Assembly (NCBI GenBank): GCA_963707215.1
Contig: CAVPPB010000003.1
Coordinates: 1,504,001 to 1,568,000, forward strand
Direction: 5' to 3'
DNA: 64,000 nucleotides
Origin: an uncultured Chloroflexia bacterium
Lineage (GTDB): Bacteria > Chloroflexota > Limnocylindria > Limnocylindrales > CSP1-4
Numbering within the stretch: position 1 is the first letter of the stretch; each line of letters starts with the position of its first letter. Both the position numbers and the translations under genes were made by a program. Of the stretch, positions 26,532 through 36,573 are shown one piece after another. Below the pieces are notes generated by a model, which was not told the origin of the DNA, did not search any database, and worked only from the letters and a program-made list of their open reading frames with translations.

Positions 26532-27421
26532 AGGTCGGCGTCATGCTCCCGGTCGGCGCCACCGACGGACCCGGTGGCCGGGTCTCGACATGGGACGACG
26601 TCCGCGGGATCGCCCAGGCTGCCGAGCGGGAGGGGCTCGACTCGGTCTGGTTGGCCGACCACTTCTTCTACCGCGACCCGGACGGGAACGTCACCGGGAT
26701 GCACGAGGCCTGGACCCTGCTGGCGGCCGTCGCCGCCGTGACGCCCCGGGTCGAGATCGGGCCCCTCGTCCTCTGCTCGTCGTTCCGGGATCCGGGCCTG
26801 GTGGCCCAGATGGCGGCCACGGCCGATCTCGTCAGCGGGGGCCGCCTGGTCCTGGGCCTGGGCTCGGGCTGGCACGATCCCGAGTACGAGGCGTTCGGGC
26901 TGCCGACCGATTGGCGCGTCAGCCGCTTCGCCGAGGCCCTGGAGATCGTCGCTCGCCTGCTGCGTAGCGAGCGGGTCACCTTCGAGGGCCGCTTCTACCG
27001 CGTCCACGAGGCCGAGCTCGTGCCGCCGCCGGAGCGACGGATCCCGATCCTGGTCGCGGCCTTCGGACCGCGGATGCTGGGCCTGACGGCTCGCTGGGCC
27101 GACGCCTGGAACACGGCCTGGTACGGCGAGCCGGACGACGAGCTCCGGGCGGCGCTGGGAGCCCTGGACGATGCGCTCCTTGCGGCCGGCCGCGACCCCG
27201 CCACCATGACCCGGACCGTGGGGATCACCGTCCGTGACTCGGGGCAGCCGCCGATCGCCGAGCCGGAGGAGGCGGCCCTGACCGGCTCGGTCGACGAGCT
27301 GGCCGCGGCACTCCAGGCCTACGCGGCGCTCGGGGTCGACCATGTCATCGCTGGCCTGGAGCCGATCGCCGAGCGGTCGGTCGAGCGCCTCGCCGAGGCC
27401 GTCCGGCGGTCCCGTCCCTGA
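26528..27421 (+). CDS. LLM-class flavin/F420-dependent oxidoreductase
   Basis: DSVWLADHF, EAWTLLAAVAA, SGGRLVLGLGSGW, ARWADAWN. Confidence 0.9.
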   Translation: MKVGVMLPVGATDGPGGRVSTWDDVRGIAQAAEREGLDSVWLADHFFYRDPDGNVTGMHEAWTLLAAVAAVTPRVEIGPLVLCSSFRDPGLVAQMAATADLVSGGRLVLGLGSGWHDPEYEAFGLPTDWRVSRFAEALEIVARLLRSERVTFEGRFYRVHEAELVPPPERRIPILVAAFGPRMLGLTARWADAWNTAWYGEPDDELRAALGALDDALLAAGRDPATMTRTVGITVRDSGQPPIAEPEEAALTGSVDELAAALQAYAALGVDHVIAGLEPIAERSVERLAEAVRRSRP

Positions 27422-27528
27422 CGGCCGGCTGGCCCGTCGCGTACCGTTGACGGCACGTCCCGGGCGGTGCGAGCGCACCGCGTCGGGACGTCGTCATCCC
27501 GACACCGTGACCCGAGGAGGACCCACCG

Positions 27529-28476
27529 ATGGCCGACCTCAAGCTGGGGATCAACCTCTGGAGCCAGTGCGCATCGTGGGACGAGATGCTCGAGACGGCG
27601 CAGCGCTGCGAGGCCCTTGGCTACGAGCACGTGTGGACCTGGGACCACCTCTACGCGATCGTGGGCGATCCCTACCAGCCGATCTTCGAGGGCTGGTCGG
27701 TCCTGGCCGCATGGGCCATGGCGACCGAGCGGATCCGCATCGGCCTGATGGTGGGAGCCAACACCTTCCGCAACCCGGGCCTGGTAGCCAAGACCGTCGC
27801 GACCCTCGACCACATCAGCCACGGCCGGGCGATCCTCGGCATCGGCGGCGCCTGGTTCGACCTCGAGCACGAGGCCCACGGCATCGAGTTCGGAGCCAGC
27901 CCGGGCCGCCGCCTGGACTGGCTCGACGAGTCAGTCGCGGCGATTCGGACCCTCCTCGACGGCGGGACGGTCACCTCGCCGTCGGACGGGCACTACGCGT
28001 TCCGGGAGCTGCGCCATGTGCCGCCGCCGGTCCAGGAGCACCTCCCGATCATGATCGGCGGCAGCGGCCGCAGGAAGACGCTCCGGACAGTAGCCCGCTA
28101 CGCCGACATGTGGAACGGCTTCGCTGACACGCCGGAGGAGGCTCGCGAGGTCGTCGGCGTCTTCGAGGGGCACTGCGCCGACGAGGGTCGGGATCCCGCG
28201 TCCGTCCATCGGACGAGCAACCTGTGGATGGTCATCCGGGATTCGGAGCAGGAGGCCCGGCGCGTCTGGGAGCACCAGATGCGTCACAACCGCGAGAGCG
28301 AGGAGATCGAGCCCGATCGCCCCATCGTGGGCTCGCCCGAGCAGGTCGCCGAGCGCGTCCGCGCCTATGTCGAGGCCGGCTTCGAGGGCGCCATCGTCGA
28401 GCTGCCGGCCCCCTACGACACCGAGACCATGGAGCGCCTCATCGGCCAGGTGAAGCCGCTCGTCGACCGGGGCTGA
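27529..28476 (+). CDS. LLM-class (probable F420-dependent) oxidoreductase
   Basis: WTWDHLY, NTFRNPGLVAK..ATLDHISHGRAILGIGGAW, IMIGGSG, ARYADMWN. Confidence 0.9.
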   Translation: MADLKLGINLWSQCASWDEMLETAQRCEALGYEHVWTWDHLYAIVGDPYQPIFEGWSVLAAWAMATERIRIGLMVGANTFRNPGLVAKTVATLDHISHGRAILGIGGAWFDLEHEAHGIEFGASPGRRLDWLDESVAAIRTLLDGGTVTSPSDGHYAFRELRHVPPPVQEHLPIMIGGSGRRKTLRTVARYADMWNGFADTPEEAREVVGVFEGHCADEGRDPASVHRTSNLWMVIRDSEQEARRVWEHQMRHNRESEEIEPDRPIVGSPEQVAERVRAYVEAGFEGAIVELPAPYDTETMERLIGQVKPLVDRG

Positions 28477-28480
28477 CGAG

Positions 28481-28924
28481 GTGGCCGGACGCCGGATCGC
28501 CTACCCGACCGACCGCCTGATGGCGGTGGTCGACGACCCGTCCGCCGGCCGGTCCGCTGCGGAGCGGCTGGTGGCCGCCGGCCTGGTCGAGCCCGGCGCC
28601 GTCGAGGTCCTGCTCGGGCCGGAGGACGCGGCACGGATCGACGGGCTGGGCCGGAGCGGCGGGATCCTGGCCAGGGCGATCCGGCTGGTCCAGTTCACGA
28701 CGATGGACCAGATGCCCGACCTGTACCTGTACGAGGCGGCGGTCCGGGACAGCCGGGCCGTCATCGCCGTGCGGGTCCGCGACCGGGCCCGGATGCTGGC
28801 GGTCCGCGATCGGCTCGGGGCAGACGGGGCCCACTTCATGAACTTCTACGGCCGCTTCGCGACGGAGGAGCTGACCCGCTGGCGGGGACCCGAACTGGCG
28901 ATCCCGGAGACGCTCCGGCGCTAG
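28481..28924 (+). CDS. Hypothetical protein
   Basis: Operon-spaced ORF with coding-like codon usage. Confidence 0.65.
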   Translation: MAGRRIAYPTDRLMAVVDDPSAGRSAAERLVAAGLVEPGAVEVLLGPEDAARIDGLGRSGGILARAIRLVQFTTMDQMPDLYLYEAAVRDSRAVIAVRVRDRARMLAVRDRLGADGAHFMNFYGRFATEELTRWRGPELAIPETLRR

Positions 28925-28986
28925 CCCGGGTGGCGGCCGGCGGCGGGCATCGGCTATGGTCGCCGGACCACCGAGGAGCCCGCCGG

Positions 28987-30171
28987 ATGTCCGTCCAGAC
29001 CGTCGCCAACGGCCGTGCTGCTGCGACCGTCGAGTTCGAGCACGTCACCAAGCGCTACGACTCGGCCGCGGCGGCAGCTGGTGCCCCGGCCGCGGTCGAG
29101 GACCTCTCGCTCCGGGTGCCGGCCGGCCGGATCTGCGTCCTGGTGGGTCCGTCGGGCTGCGGCAAGACGACCTCCCTGAAGATGGTCAACCGGCTCATCG
29201 ACCCGACCGGCGGCCGGATCCTCATCGACGGCGAGGACGCCGCCTCGCGCGACATCACCGAGCTGCGGCGGAGCATCGGCTACGTCATCCAGCAGGTGGG
29301 CCTCTTCCCGCACCAGACGATCGAGGAGAACGTGGCCACCGTGCCGCGGCTCCTCGGCTGGCCCACGGGGCGGCGGCGCGAGCGGGCAGCGGAGCTCCTG
29401 GCCCTGGTCGGCCTGGACCCCGGCGCCTACGCCCGTCGCTACCCGGCCCAGTTGTCGGGCGGCGAGCGGCAGCGGGTCGGCGTCGCCCGGGCGCTGGCGG
29501 CCGACCCGCCGATCATGCTGATGGACGAGCCCTTCGGCGCGGTCGACCCGATCGTCCGGACCCGCCTCCAGGACGAGCTCCTGCGCCTCCAGGAGGACCT
29601 CGCCAAGACCATCCTCTTCGTGACCCACGACGTCGACGAAGCGATCAAGATGGGCGACCTGGTCGCCGTCCTGCAGGTGGGCGGCCACCTGGCCCAGTTC
29701 GGCCCGCCGGCCGAGATCCTGGCCCACCCGGCGAACGAGTTCGTGGCCCGCTTCGTCGGCGCCGATCGGGGGCTCAAGCGGCTCTCGCTGGCCCGGGTCG
29801 GCGAGGTCACCCTGCGAACCCCCGTGACCGCCCGACCGGGTGACGAGGCCGAGCCGGCCAGGGCCCGCATCCAGGCGGACCCCTTTCCCTACCTCCTGCT
29901 GGTCGACGCACAGGATCGGCCGATCGGCTGGCTGGATCAGGATGAGATCCCCTGGTCCGGCCAGCTCGACGCGTCGCAGGCGATCCCGATGTCGCCGCTG
30001 CTCGATCGACGGATGACGCTCAAGGATGCCCTCTCGATCCTCCTCGACGCGAGCGTCCAGGCCGGCATCGTCGTCGACCGGACCGGAGCGACCCGGGGCC
30101 TCCTGACCGTCGACGACATCGCCGAGCGGCTCCGAACCCCGGTCGAGCCGGCCGAGGGCTCGGCGACGTGA
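28987..30171 (+). CDS. Osmoprotectant ABC transporter ATPase with CBS-like domains (OpuCA/OsmV-like)
   Basis: GPSGCGKTT, LSGGERQRV, LMDEPFGAVDP, FVTHDVDEA. Confidence 0.93.
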   Translation: MSVQTVANGRAAATVEFEHVTKRYDSAAAAAGAPAAVEDLSLRVPAGRICVLVGPSGCGKTTSLKMVNRLIDPTGGRILIDGEDAASRDITELRRSIGYVIQQVGLFPHQTIEENVATVPRLLGWPTGRRRERAAELLALVGLDPGAYARRYPAQLSGGERQRVGVARALAADPPIMLMDEPFGAVDPIVRTRLQDELLRLQEDLAKTILFVTHDVDEAIKMGDLVAVLQVGGHLAQFGPPAEILAHPANEFVARFVGADRGLKRLSLARVGEVTLRTPVTARPGDEAEPARARIQADPFPYLLLVDAQDRPIGWLDQDEIPWSGQLDASQAIPMSPLLDRRMTLKDALSILLDASVQAGIVVDRTGATRGLLTVDDIAERLRTPVEPAEGSAT

Positions 30172-30806
30172 ACTGGGCATGGATCCCGGCGAACGCAGCA
30201 GCGCTGGTCGAGGCGACCGTCGACCACGTCGTCCTCACGGCCCTCGCCGTCGGCGTCGGCCTCGCCATCGCCATGGTCCTCGCCCTCGTCATCCACCGCG
30301 ATCGCCGGGCCTACGGTCCAGTGACGGCCGTGACCGGGCTCCTCTACACCATCCCGAGCCTGGCCCTCTTCGCCTTCCTGGTCCCGATCACCGGCCTGTC
30401 GCTGCTCACCGCCGAGATCGGCCTGGTGAGCTACACCCTCCTCATCCTCGTGCGCAACATCGTCGCCGGTCTCGATTCGGTGCCGCCGGACGTCTGCGAG
30501 ACGGCGGACGGGATGGGCTACACCTGGGGTGGCCGGCTGTGGCGCGTCGAGCTCCCGGTCGCCGTCCCCCTCATCATCGCCGGGCTGCGCATCGCCACGG
30601 TCACGACGATCGGCCTGGTGATGGTGACGGCGCTTATCGGCGAGGGCGGACTGGGGCAGGTCATGCTCCGCGGCTTCAACTTCCGGAACTGGACCGCCGT
30701 GTACGCGGGCGCCGCGATCACCCTGGCCCTCGCGATCGCCGCCGACCTGATGCTGGTCGGGCTCGGACGCCTCGCCACGCCGTGGGCCGCGGCGAGCCGG
30801 CGCTGA
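30168..30806 (+). CDS. Osmoprotectant ABC transporter permease
   Basis: YTIPSLALF, EAA loop ETADGMG, IIAGLRIA, GGLG. Confidence 0.92.
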   Translation: MNWAWIPANAAALVEATVDHVVLTALAVGVGLAIAMVLALVIHRDRRAYGPVTAVTGLLYTIPSLALFAFLVPITGLSLLTAEIGLVSYTLLILVRNIVAGLDSVPPDVCETADGMGYTWGGRLWRVELPVAVPLIIAGLRIATVTTIGLVMVTALIGEGGLGQVMLRGFNFRNWTAVYAGAAITLALAIAADLMLVGLGRLATPWAAASRR

Positions 30807-30816
30807 GGCGGCCCCG

Positions 30817-31593
30817 ATGATCGAGCTCCTGGCCGAGGTCGTCGCCTGGTTCGACGACCCCGCCAGCTGGACCGGTCCCAACGGCATCCCGGCACGGACC
30901 CTGGAGCACGTCCTGCTGTCGGGCCTCTGCGTCGTGACCGCGATCGCGGTGGCGGTCCCCGTGGGCCTGACGATCGGGCACACGGGCCGAGGCGCCCTGC
31001 TGGCGGTGACGATCGCCAACATCGGCCGCGGCCTGCCCTCGTACGCCCTCCTGCTCATGCTCTTCCCGTTCTTCGGCATCGGCTTCTCGACCGCCTTCCC
31101 GGCGCTCCTGCTGCTGACCATCCCGCCGATCCTCACCAACACGTACGTCGGCGTGCGGGATGTCGACCGGGATGTCGTGGAGGCCGGCCGTGGGATGGGG
31201 ATGACCGAGCTGGCGCTCCTCAGGCAGGTCGAGCTGCCGCTGGCGCTGCCGGTGATCATCGCCGGGGTCCGGACCGCCGCGGTCCAGGTGGTCGCCACGG
31301 CGACGCTGGCCGCGCTCGTCGGAGGTGGCGGCCTGGGCCGCTTCATCGTCGATGGGTTCGCCCTCCAGGACGACGGGCAGCTCGTCGGCGGGGCCATCCT
31401 GGTCGCCGCGTTGGCGATCCTGACCGAATGGTCCCTGGGCATGGTCGAACGACGGGTCGTCCCACCCGGCGTGCGAGGCCCCGGGATCGCGGAGCCGCCG
31501 GCCTTCGAGTACGTCGCCCCGCCTCCTGCCGAGCGGCGCGTGGCGTCCCTGGAGGTCGTCGCGCGGCCGTCGAGCCTGGTCCGACCCGGCTGA
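30817..31593 (+). CDS. Osmoprotectant ABC transporter permease
   Basis: IPPILTNTYVG, EAGRGMGMT, VELPLALP, GGGGLG. Confidence 0.92.
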   Translation: MIELLAEVVAWFDDPASWTGPNGIPARTLEHVLLSGLCVVTAIAVAVPVGLTIGHTGRGALLAVTIANIGRGLPSYALLLMLFPFFGIGFSTAFPALLLLTIPPILTNTYVGVRDVDRDVVEAGRGMGMTELALLRQVELPLALPVIIAGVRTAAVQVVATATLAALVGGGGLGRFIVDGFALQDDGQLVGGAILVAALAILTEWSLGMVERRVVPPGVRGPGIAEPPAFEYVAPPPAERRVASLEVVARPSSLVRPG

Positions 31594-31701
31594 GCGCCGT
31601 CCAACGGGCCGGACGCCTTCGGCGTCTGGGGCTACCATCGACCGCGCGACCCGGCGCGCCGTTGACCGACGGCGCCGGGATCCGATGACCAAGGAGGACC
31701 C

Positions 31702-31812
31702 ATGCGGTATCACCGCAGCGTGGCTCTCGGGGCGAGGCGGCCGCTCGGCGGCGTCCCGGGTGGGGGCCACTACCTCGACAGCGCGACGCGTCCGGCGAGG
31801 TGGACCCGATGA
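31702..31812 (+). CDS. 36-aa uORF with strong SD, coupled to the SBP gene
   Basis: aaggaggaccc-ATG; MRYHRSVALGARRPLGG...RWTR*; TGA 31810-31812 overlaps ATG 31809. Confidence 0.45.
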   Translation: MRYHRSVALGARRPLGGVPGGGHYLDSATRPARWTR

Positions 31813-33041
31813 CCGAGCAGCAGGGCGGCGGGCAGTCCCCGGCGACCGGCCCGGATCCGACCCCGACACCAACACCGGAACCGGCGACCCCGGGGGCCGC
31901 CTCTACCCCGGCATCCACGCCGGCCGAGCCGTCGGGCGGCAGCGCGACGCCACCACCGCCGGCCGCGCCCGTCCAGGGCAGCACCGGCCCCAGCGGCGGC
32001 GGCACGAACTGGCTGCCGTGGGTCCTCGGGATCGCGATCGTGGCGATCGTCGCCATCTTCCTGCTGCGGCCCGGCGGACCCCTGAACACCGGCTCGGCCA
32101 CGCCGGAGCCGTCACCATCGGCGAGCGCCGAGGCGTCGCCGTCGGCGTCGCCCGAGGCATCGCCATCCGAGGAAGCCTCGCCCTCGCCGAACCCGCCGAT
32201 CGCGAGCGGCCTCGTGCTGGGCGGTCCGCCGGAGTGCCCGGAGCGCCCGTTCTGTCTCCTCGGCCTGCAGGAGACGTACGGCCTCGAGTTCAAGGAGTTC
32301 GTCCCGCTCGACGCCGGCGGCCCATTGACGGTGGAAGCGCTCCTGAGCGATCGGATCCAGGTCGGGCTCCTGTTCACCTCCGACCCGGCCATCGTCACCA
32401 ACGGCTTCGTCCTCCTCGAGGACGACCAGCAGCTCCAGCTCGCCGACAACATCGTGCCGGTCCTCCGGCAGGAGGTCCTCGACGCCAACGTCGGCGTCGC
32501 CGACGTCCTGAACGCGGTGATGGAGGCCCTCACCCAGGAGGAGCTCACCAAGCTCAACGCCGCGGTCACCGTCGAGCAGAAGCCGACGGCGGACGTCGCC
32601 CGCGACTGGATCGCCGGTCAGGGCTTCCCCACGGACGGGGGCTTCAGCGGCCAGGTGACCGTCGGGTCCACGAACTTCTACGAGCAGGAGGTCCTCGGCG
32701 AGATCTTCGCCCAGGTCCTCGAGGCCAACGGCCTCACGGTGGAGCGAAAGTTCCAGCTCGGCAACCGCGAGATCGTCTTCCCGGCGCTCGAGTCAGGCGA
32801 GATCGACATCCTGGCCGAGTACGCCGCGACCGCCCTCGAGTTCGTCAACGGCGGCGCCGGCGAGGCGACGACCGACCCGGCGGTCACGACCGCTGCCCTG
32901 CGGGCGGCGCTCGAGCCGAAGGCGTTGGTGGCCCTCGACTTCGCCGAGGCGACCGACCAGAACGGCTTCGTCGTCACCAAGGCGACGGCCGATCGCTACG
33001 GTCTCGCCAAGATCAGCGACCTCGGGGCGCCGTCCCCCTAG
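31809..33041 (+). CDS. Osmoprotectant ABC substrate-binding protein (OsmF/OpuCC family), circularly permuted and TM-anchored
   Basis: LGGPPEC...GLQETYGLEF...LEDDQ...NIVP...VARDWI precedes VTVGSTNFYEQ...LGNRE...GEIDILAEY...KISDL. Confidence 0.88.
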   Translation: MTEQQGGGQSPATGPDPTPTPTPEPATPGAASTPASTPAEPSGGSATPPPPAAPVQGSTGPSGGGTNWLPWVLGIAIVAIVAIFLLRPGGPLNTGSATPEPSPSASAEASPSASPEASPSEEASPSPNPPIASGLVLGGPPECPERPFCLLGLQETYGLEFKEFVPLDAGGPLTVEALLSDRIQVGLLFTSDPAIVTNGFVLLEDDQQLQLADNIVPVLRQEVLDANVGVADVLNAVMEALTQEELTKLNAAVTVEQKPTADVARDWIAGQGFPTDGGFSGQVTVGSTNFYEQEVLGEIFAQVLEANGLTVERKFQLGNREIVFPALESGEIDILAEYAATALEFVNGGAGEATTDPAVTTAALRAALEPKALVALDFAEATDQNGFVVTKATADRYGLAKISDLGAPSP

Positions 33042-33062
33042 CCGTCCATCGAGCGCCACCCT

Positions 33063-33092
33063 GGACCCTCGGCCCTTCTGGGCCGGGGGTCC
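33063..33092. terminator. Hairpin between convergent genes
   Basis: GGACCCTCGGCCC-ttct-GGGCCGGGGGTCC. Confidence 0.6.
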
Positions 33093-33108
33093 TCTCGTGG
33101 CTCGGCGG

Positions 33109-33846
33109 TCAGGAGCCCTCGGTCCGGCCCCGCGTCGCTGGCGCCAGGCCGAGCCGGCCGAGCAGCCGTCGGGCGGCACTCACGGCATCCGGGTGCTGCG
33201 CCTCGAGCCGGTGGCGCTCGGCCCGGGCCCAGCTGGCCAGCTGCGGTTCGGCGTCTCGTCGACGCTGGGTCGAGGCGAACCGCTGCCACGCGTCGTCCAC
33301 GAAGGCCGCAAACAGGACGAGTGGGCCGGCCGTCCCGATCGCCTGCTCGGCACCGGGCGAGAAGTCGATCGGGATCATGATCCGCCCGAAGAACGCCCCG
33401 ACCTCGTCGGTGAGCGGATCGAGTCCCTGGCTGTGGCCGGCCCAGCGGAGGATCGGTGCCGGAGCGTGGACCTGGATGAGCCGGGTCCCATCCGTGTCGG
33501 CGATGCGAAGGCGGCCCCCGAACGACAGGAAGTCGTTCGTGATGCCGAGCCGGTCCTCGATCCGGATGCGGCCCCAGGCGATCGGCCGCTCTCCAGGGTC
33601 CGGTGTCTCACGGTCCACCAGGAGCTTCACCCCATGCTCCCCGTCGAAGTGCCAGCACTCCATCGACTCGGGATCGAAATGGAGGAGGGTCGGCCTGGCC
33701 CGGATCGCGACCAGGAGGTTGGCGCCACCGGCCTCCCACGGATCGTCGCCGTTGACCAGGCTGAAGCCGAGGTCCGCCATCAGGCGGGCCACGGCCGTCG
33801 ACCAGGCGGCGGGGTCGGCCAGCTCCGGGTGCGGGCCCGCGGTCAT
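33109..33846 (-). CDS. Hypothetical protein
   Basis: ATG overlaps the upstream stop (ATGA); globular composition (PTLLHFDPE...FLSFGG). Confidence 0.7.
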   Translation of the reverse strand: MTAGPHPELADPAAWSTAVARLMADLGFSLVNGDDPWEAGGANLLVAIRARPTLLHFDPESMECWHFDGEHGVKLLVDRETPDPGERPIAWGRIRIEDRLGITNDFLSFGGRLRIADTDGTRLIQVHAPAPILRWAGHSQGLDPLTDEVGAFFGRIMIPIDFSPGAEQAIGTAGPLVLFAAFVDDAWQRFASTQRRRDAEPQLASWARAERHRLEAQHPDAVSAARRLLGRLGLAPATRGRTEGS

Positions 33847-34874
33847 CGCGCGGTCGCCGTCGTCCCCGCTGGCTCGTCCACGACATCGGCAGCCGGCGAC
33901 GCCGCTCGTCGGTCGCGGTTCGCCTCCACGATGCCGACCCGGACGAAGGCGATCCCTCCCCCGACGGTGGTCACCAACAGGATCCCGGCGTGCACGAGGA
34001 GAGCCAGGGCGAACGCCTCGTCGGCCGGGACGCCGATCGAACCGGCGATCGTGACGGCCGCCAGCTCGAACGTCCCAAGGTAGCCGGGGCCCGACGGGAT
34101 GACGGTCGCCAGCGCAACGCCGGCCGACAGGAGGGCCGCCTCGCCCATGGCGAGCTCGATCCCGACGGCCTGGCCAGCGGCCGCGAAGGCGAGGATGGAC
34201 GCTCCCCAGGCACCGGCCGTCAGGACGATCGCTTCGAGGAGGGTGCGGGGCCGACCGACGACGGCCAGGCCCTCGCGGAGTCGCGCCCCCAGCGACCGGA
34301 TCCGCGGGAAGCCATCGACCGTCGCGGCGAGCCGGTCCGCGCCCGGGAGGCGGTGGGCCAGGAGGAGGCCGGCCAGACCAAGGACGAGGAGCCCGGCGAA
34401 GGCGATGCCCACCAGGACGGCACTGGCCAGGACACCGCGGACCGACAGGACAAGGACCGAGCCAGCGGCGAGGAGGACGACGAACGTCGTATCGATGACC
34501 CGCTCGACCACCACGGTCCCGAGGGCCGTGGTTCGACTCAGGCCCTCGCGATCGCCCAGGTAGTGGCTCCGCACGAGTTCGCCGAGCCGGGCAGGCAGGA
34601 CGTTGTTGGCGAGGTAGCCGATCAGCTGGTAGCCGAGCATCCGGACGTAGGCGACGACCGCCACGGGTCGGACGAGCCGTTGCCAGCGCCAGCCCCGCAG
34701 AGCGACATCGGTCACGTTGAGGAGCAGCATCACGGCGATCCACTGCGGTGCCGCCTCGGCCAGCACCTCGAGGACCTGGCCCAGGTCGACCGCCCGGAGG
34801 GCCAGCGCCATGGCAACCAGCGAGATAGCCACTCCGACGGCGCCCCGGATGATGAGCTTGGAGCGGGTCGTCAT
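33843..34874 (-). CDS. UPF0104 / lysylphosphatidylglycerol-synthase TM (flippase-like) protein
   Basis: RGWRWQRL, GYLANNVLPARLGELVR, VVERVID, PSGPGYLGTFE. Confidence 0.88.
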   Translation of the reverse strand: MTTRSKLIIRGAVGVAISLVAMALALRAVDLGQVLEVLAEAAPQWIAVMLLLNVTDVALRGWRWQRLVRPVAVVAYVRMLGYQLIGYLANNVLPARLGELVRSHYLGDREGLSRTTALGTVVVERVIDTTFVVLLAAGSVLVLSVRGVLASAVLVGIAFAGLLVLGLAGLLLAHRLPGADRLAATVDGFPRIRSLGARLREGLAVVGRPRTLLEAIVLTAGAWGASILAFAAAGQAVGIELAMGEAALLSAGVALATVIPSGPGYLGTFELAAVTIAGSIGVPADEAFALALLVHAGILLVTTVGGGIAFVRVGIVEANRDRRAASPAADVVDEPAGTTATAR

Positions 34875-34939
34875 GTCAGCCGCTCATCACCATCGGTCCG
34901 GGCATCACCCGGCATCCCCAGGTCATCGGCGCGGGGCCG

Positions 34940-35758
34940 TCACGTGGAGGCGCGTGGCCGCCCCGTGGATCCCGCCCGTGGATGTGGGGCCAGCTTGGGT
35001 GATGGCCGGACGCGCACCCGATGGAGCAGGAAGCGGAGCACGACTCGCACGGTGGACAGGCCGTAGACGACACTCCGCACGAAGCCGACCGAGCTGGCCT
35101 CCTCGAAGTAGCGGGTCGGGACGGCGATCTCGCCGATCCGGCTGCCCATACCGGCGGCCACGACCTGAGCGATGAGCTCCTGGTCGAAGACGAAGTCATC
35201 GCTGCTCCGCTTGTACGGGATCGTCTCCAGCAGCTGGCGACTGTACGCTCGCAGGCCCGTGTGGTACTCGGACAGATGCAGCCCGAAGGCGAGGTTCTCG
35301 AGCTTGGTGAGGAACCGGTTGGCGACGAACTTCCAGCGCGGCATCCCGCCGGCGAGCGGATCGCCGAGGAAGCGACTGCCGAGCATCAGGTCGGCCTCGT
35401 CCCGGAGGATCGGCTCGATGAGCGCCGGGATCCGTGTCGCGTCGTACTGGTAGTCGGGGTGGAGCATGACGACGACGTCGGCGCCGTCCGCGAGGGCTGC
35501 GTCGTAGCAGGTCTTCTGGTTCCCGCCGTAGCCGCGGTTCTGGCGGTGGGCGATGACCTCGAGGCCGAGCTGCTGGGCGATCGCGACGGTCTCGTCGTGG
35601 GAGACGTCGTCGACGAGGATGACCCGGGCGACGAGATCGTGCGGGATGTCGGCGTAGGTCCGGTGGAGCGTCCGGGCCGCGTTGTAGGCGGGCATCACGA
35701 CGACGACGCGAGGCACGCGCGCGTCGGCGGGACCTGGTCGCGTCGCGTCCGGAGTCAT
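34940..35758 (-). CDS. GT2 glycosyltransferase (polyprenol-phosphate glycosyltransferase-like)
   Basis: [43 protein letters not shown]. Confidence 0.92.
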   Translation of the reverse strand: MTPDATRPGPADARVPRVVVVMPAYNAARTLHRTYADIPHDLVARVILVDDVSHDETVAIAQQLGLEVIAHRQNRGYGGNQKTCYDAALADGADVVVMLHPDYQYDATRIPALIEPILRDEADLMLGSRFLGDPLAGGMPRWKFVANRFLTKLENLAFGLHLSEYHTGLRAYSRQLLETIPYKRSSDDFVFDQELIAQVVAAGMGSRIGEIAVPTRYFEEASSVGFVRSVVYGLSTVRVVLRFLLHRVRVRPSPKLAPHPRAGSTGRPRAST

Positions 35759-35882
35759 GGGCGCAGGGTACAGGACCGGTCCAGTGGGTCGGGACCGACC
35801 GAAGGTACCGGCTGCACGGGACCGATCGCGCGACGCCCTCGCCCATCCGTGGGACGATGGGTGGCGAACCGCAGGAGAGACC

Positions 35883-36485
35883 ATGTTCGACCGACTCTTC
35901 GGCAACCGCTCACCCGATCCGGCGGTCGCGGAGCGCGTCCCGCCCGGCCAGTACCTGACCGAGAAGTTCCCGGTCCTTCACTACGGCTCCGTCCCGAGGA
36001 CCGACTTGGCGAGCTGGGACTTCCGCGTCTACGGCCTCGTCGATAGCCTCCTGACGCTCACCTGGGAGCAGTTCCAGGCGCTGCCCCGCAAGACCGTCAC
36101 GACCGACATCCACTGCGTGACCCGCTGGAGCAAGCTCGACACGACGTGGGAGGGGGTGCCGATCCAGGCGATCCTCGAGGCGGTCGGCGTCCGACCCGAG
36201 GCGACCCATGTCGTCGCCCACGCCGAGCAGGGCTACACGACGAACATGCCGCTGAGCGTGCTCGACGACGATGATGTCCTGCTGGCCGACAGGTACGGAG
36301 GCCAGCCGCTCGATCCGGAGCATGGCTACCCGCTCCGGCTCCTCGTCCCCAAGCGCTATTTCTGGAAGAGCGCCAAGTGGGTCCGTGGCTTGGAGTTCCT
36401 GGACCGGGACGTCCTCGGCTTCTGGGAGCGCTACGGCTATCACAACGACGCCGACCCGTGGAGGGAAGAGCGCTTCAGCGAGTAG
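35883..36485 (+). CDS. Sulfite-oxidase-like molybdopterin oxidoreductase (YuiH-like)
   Basis: [17 protein letters not shown] (Mo-ligating Cys), [23 protein letters not shown]. Confidence 0.92.
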   Translation: MFDRLFGNRSPDPAVAERVPPGQYLTEKFPVLHYGSVPRTDLASWDFRVYGLVDSLLTLTWEQFQALPRKTVTTDIHCVTRWSKLDTTWEGVPIQAILEAVGVRPEATHVVAHAEQGYTTNMPLSVLDDDDVLLADRYGGQPLDPEHGYPLRLLVPKRYFWKSAKWVRGLEFLDRDVLGFWERYGYHNDADPWREERFSE

Positions 36486-36573
36486 CCACGGCCGGGACGC
36501 GGTGGGACCCCCTGTGCCGGCCCCCCCGGTCCGGTCCGGGTTCGCACGGGCGGATCGGGCAGCGCCGGGACGG

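Noticed and set aside
34876-34926. 16-aa ORF (MTWGCRVMPGPMVMSG) before the flippase-like gene
   Set aside because: No clear SD or promoter and no direct start/stop overlap, so it is too weak to count as a coupling uORF.
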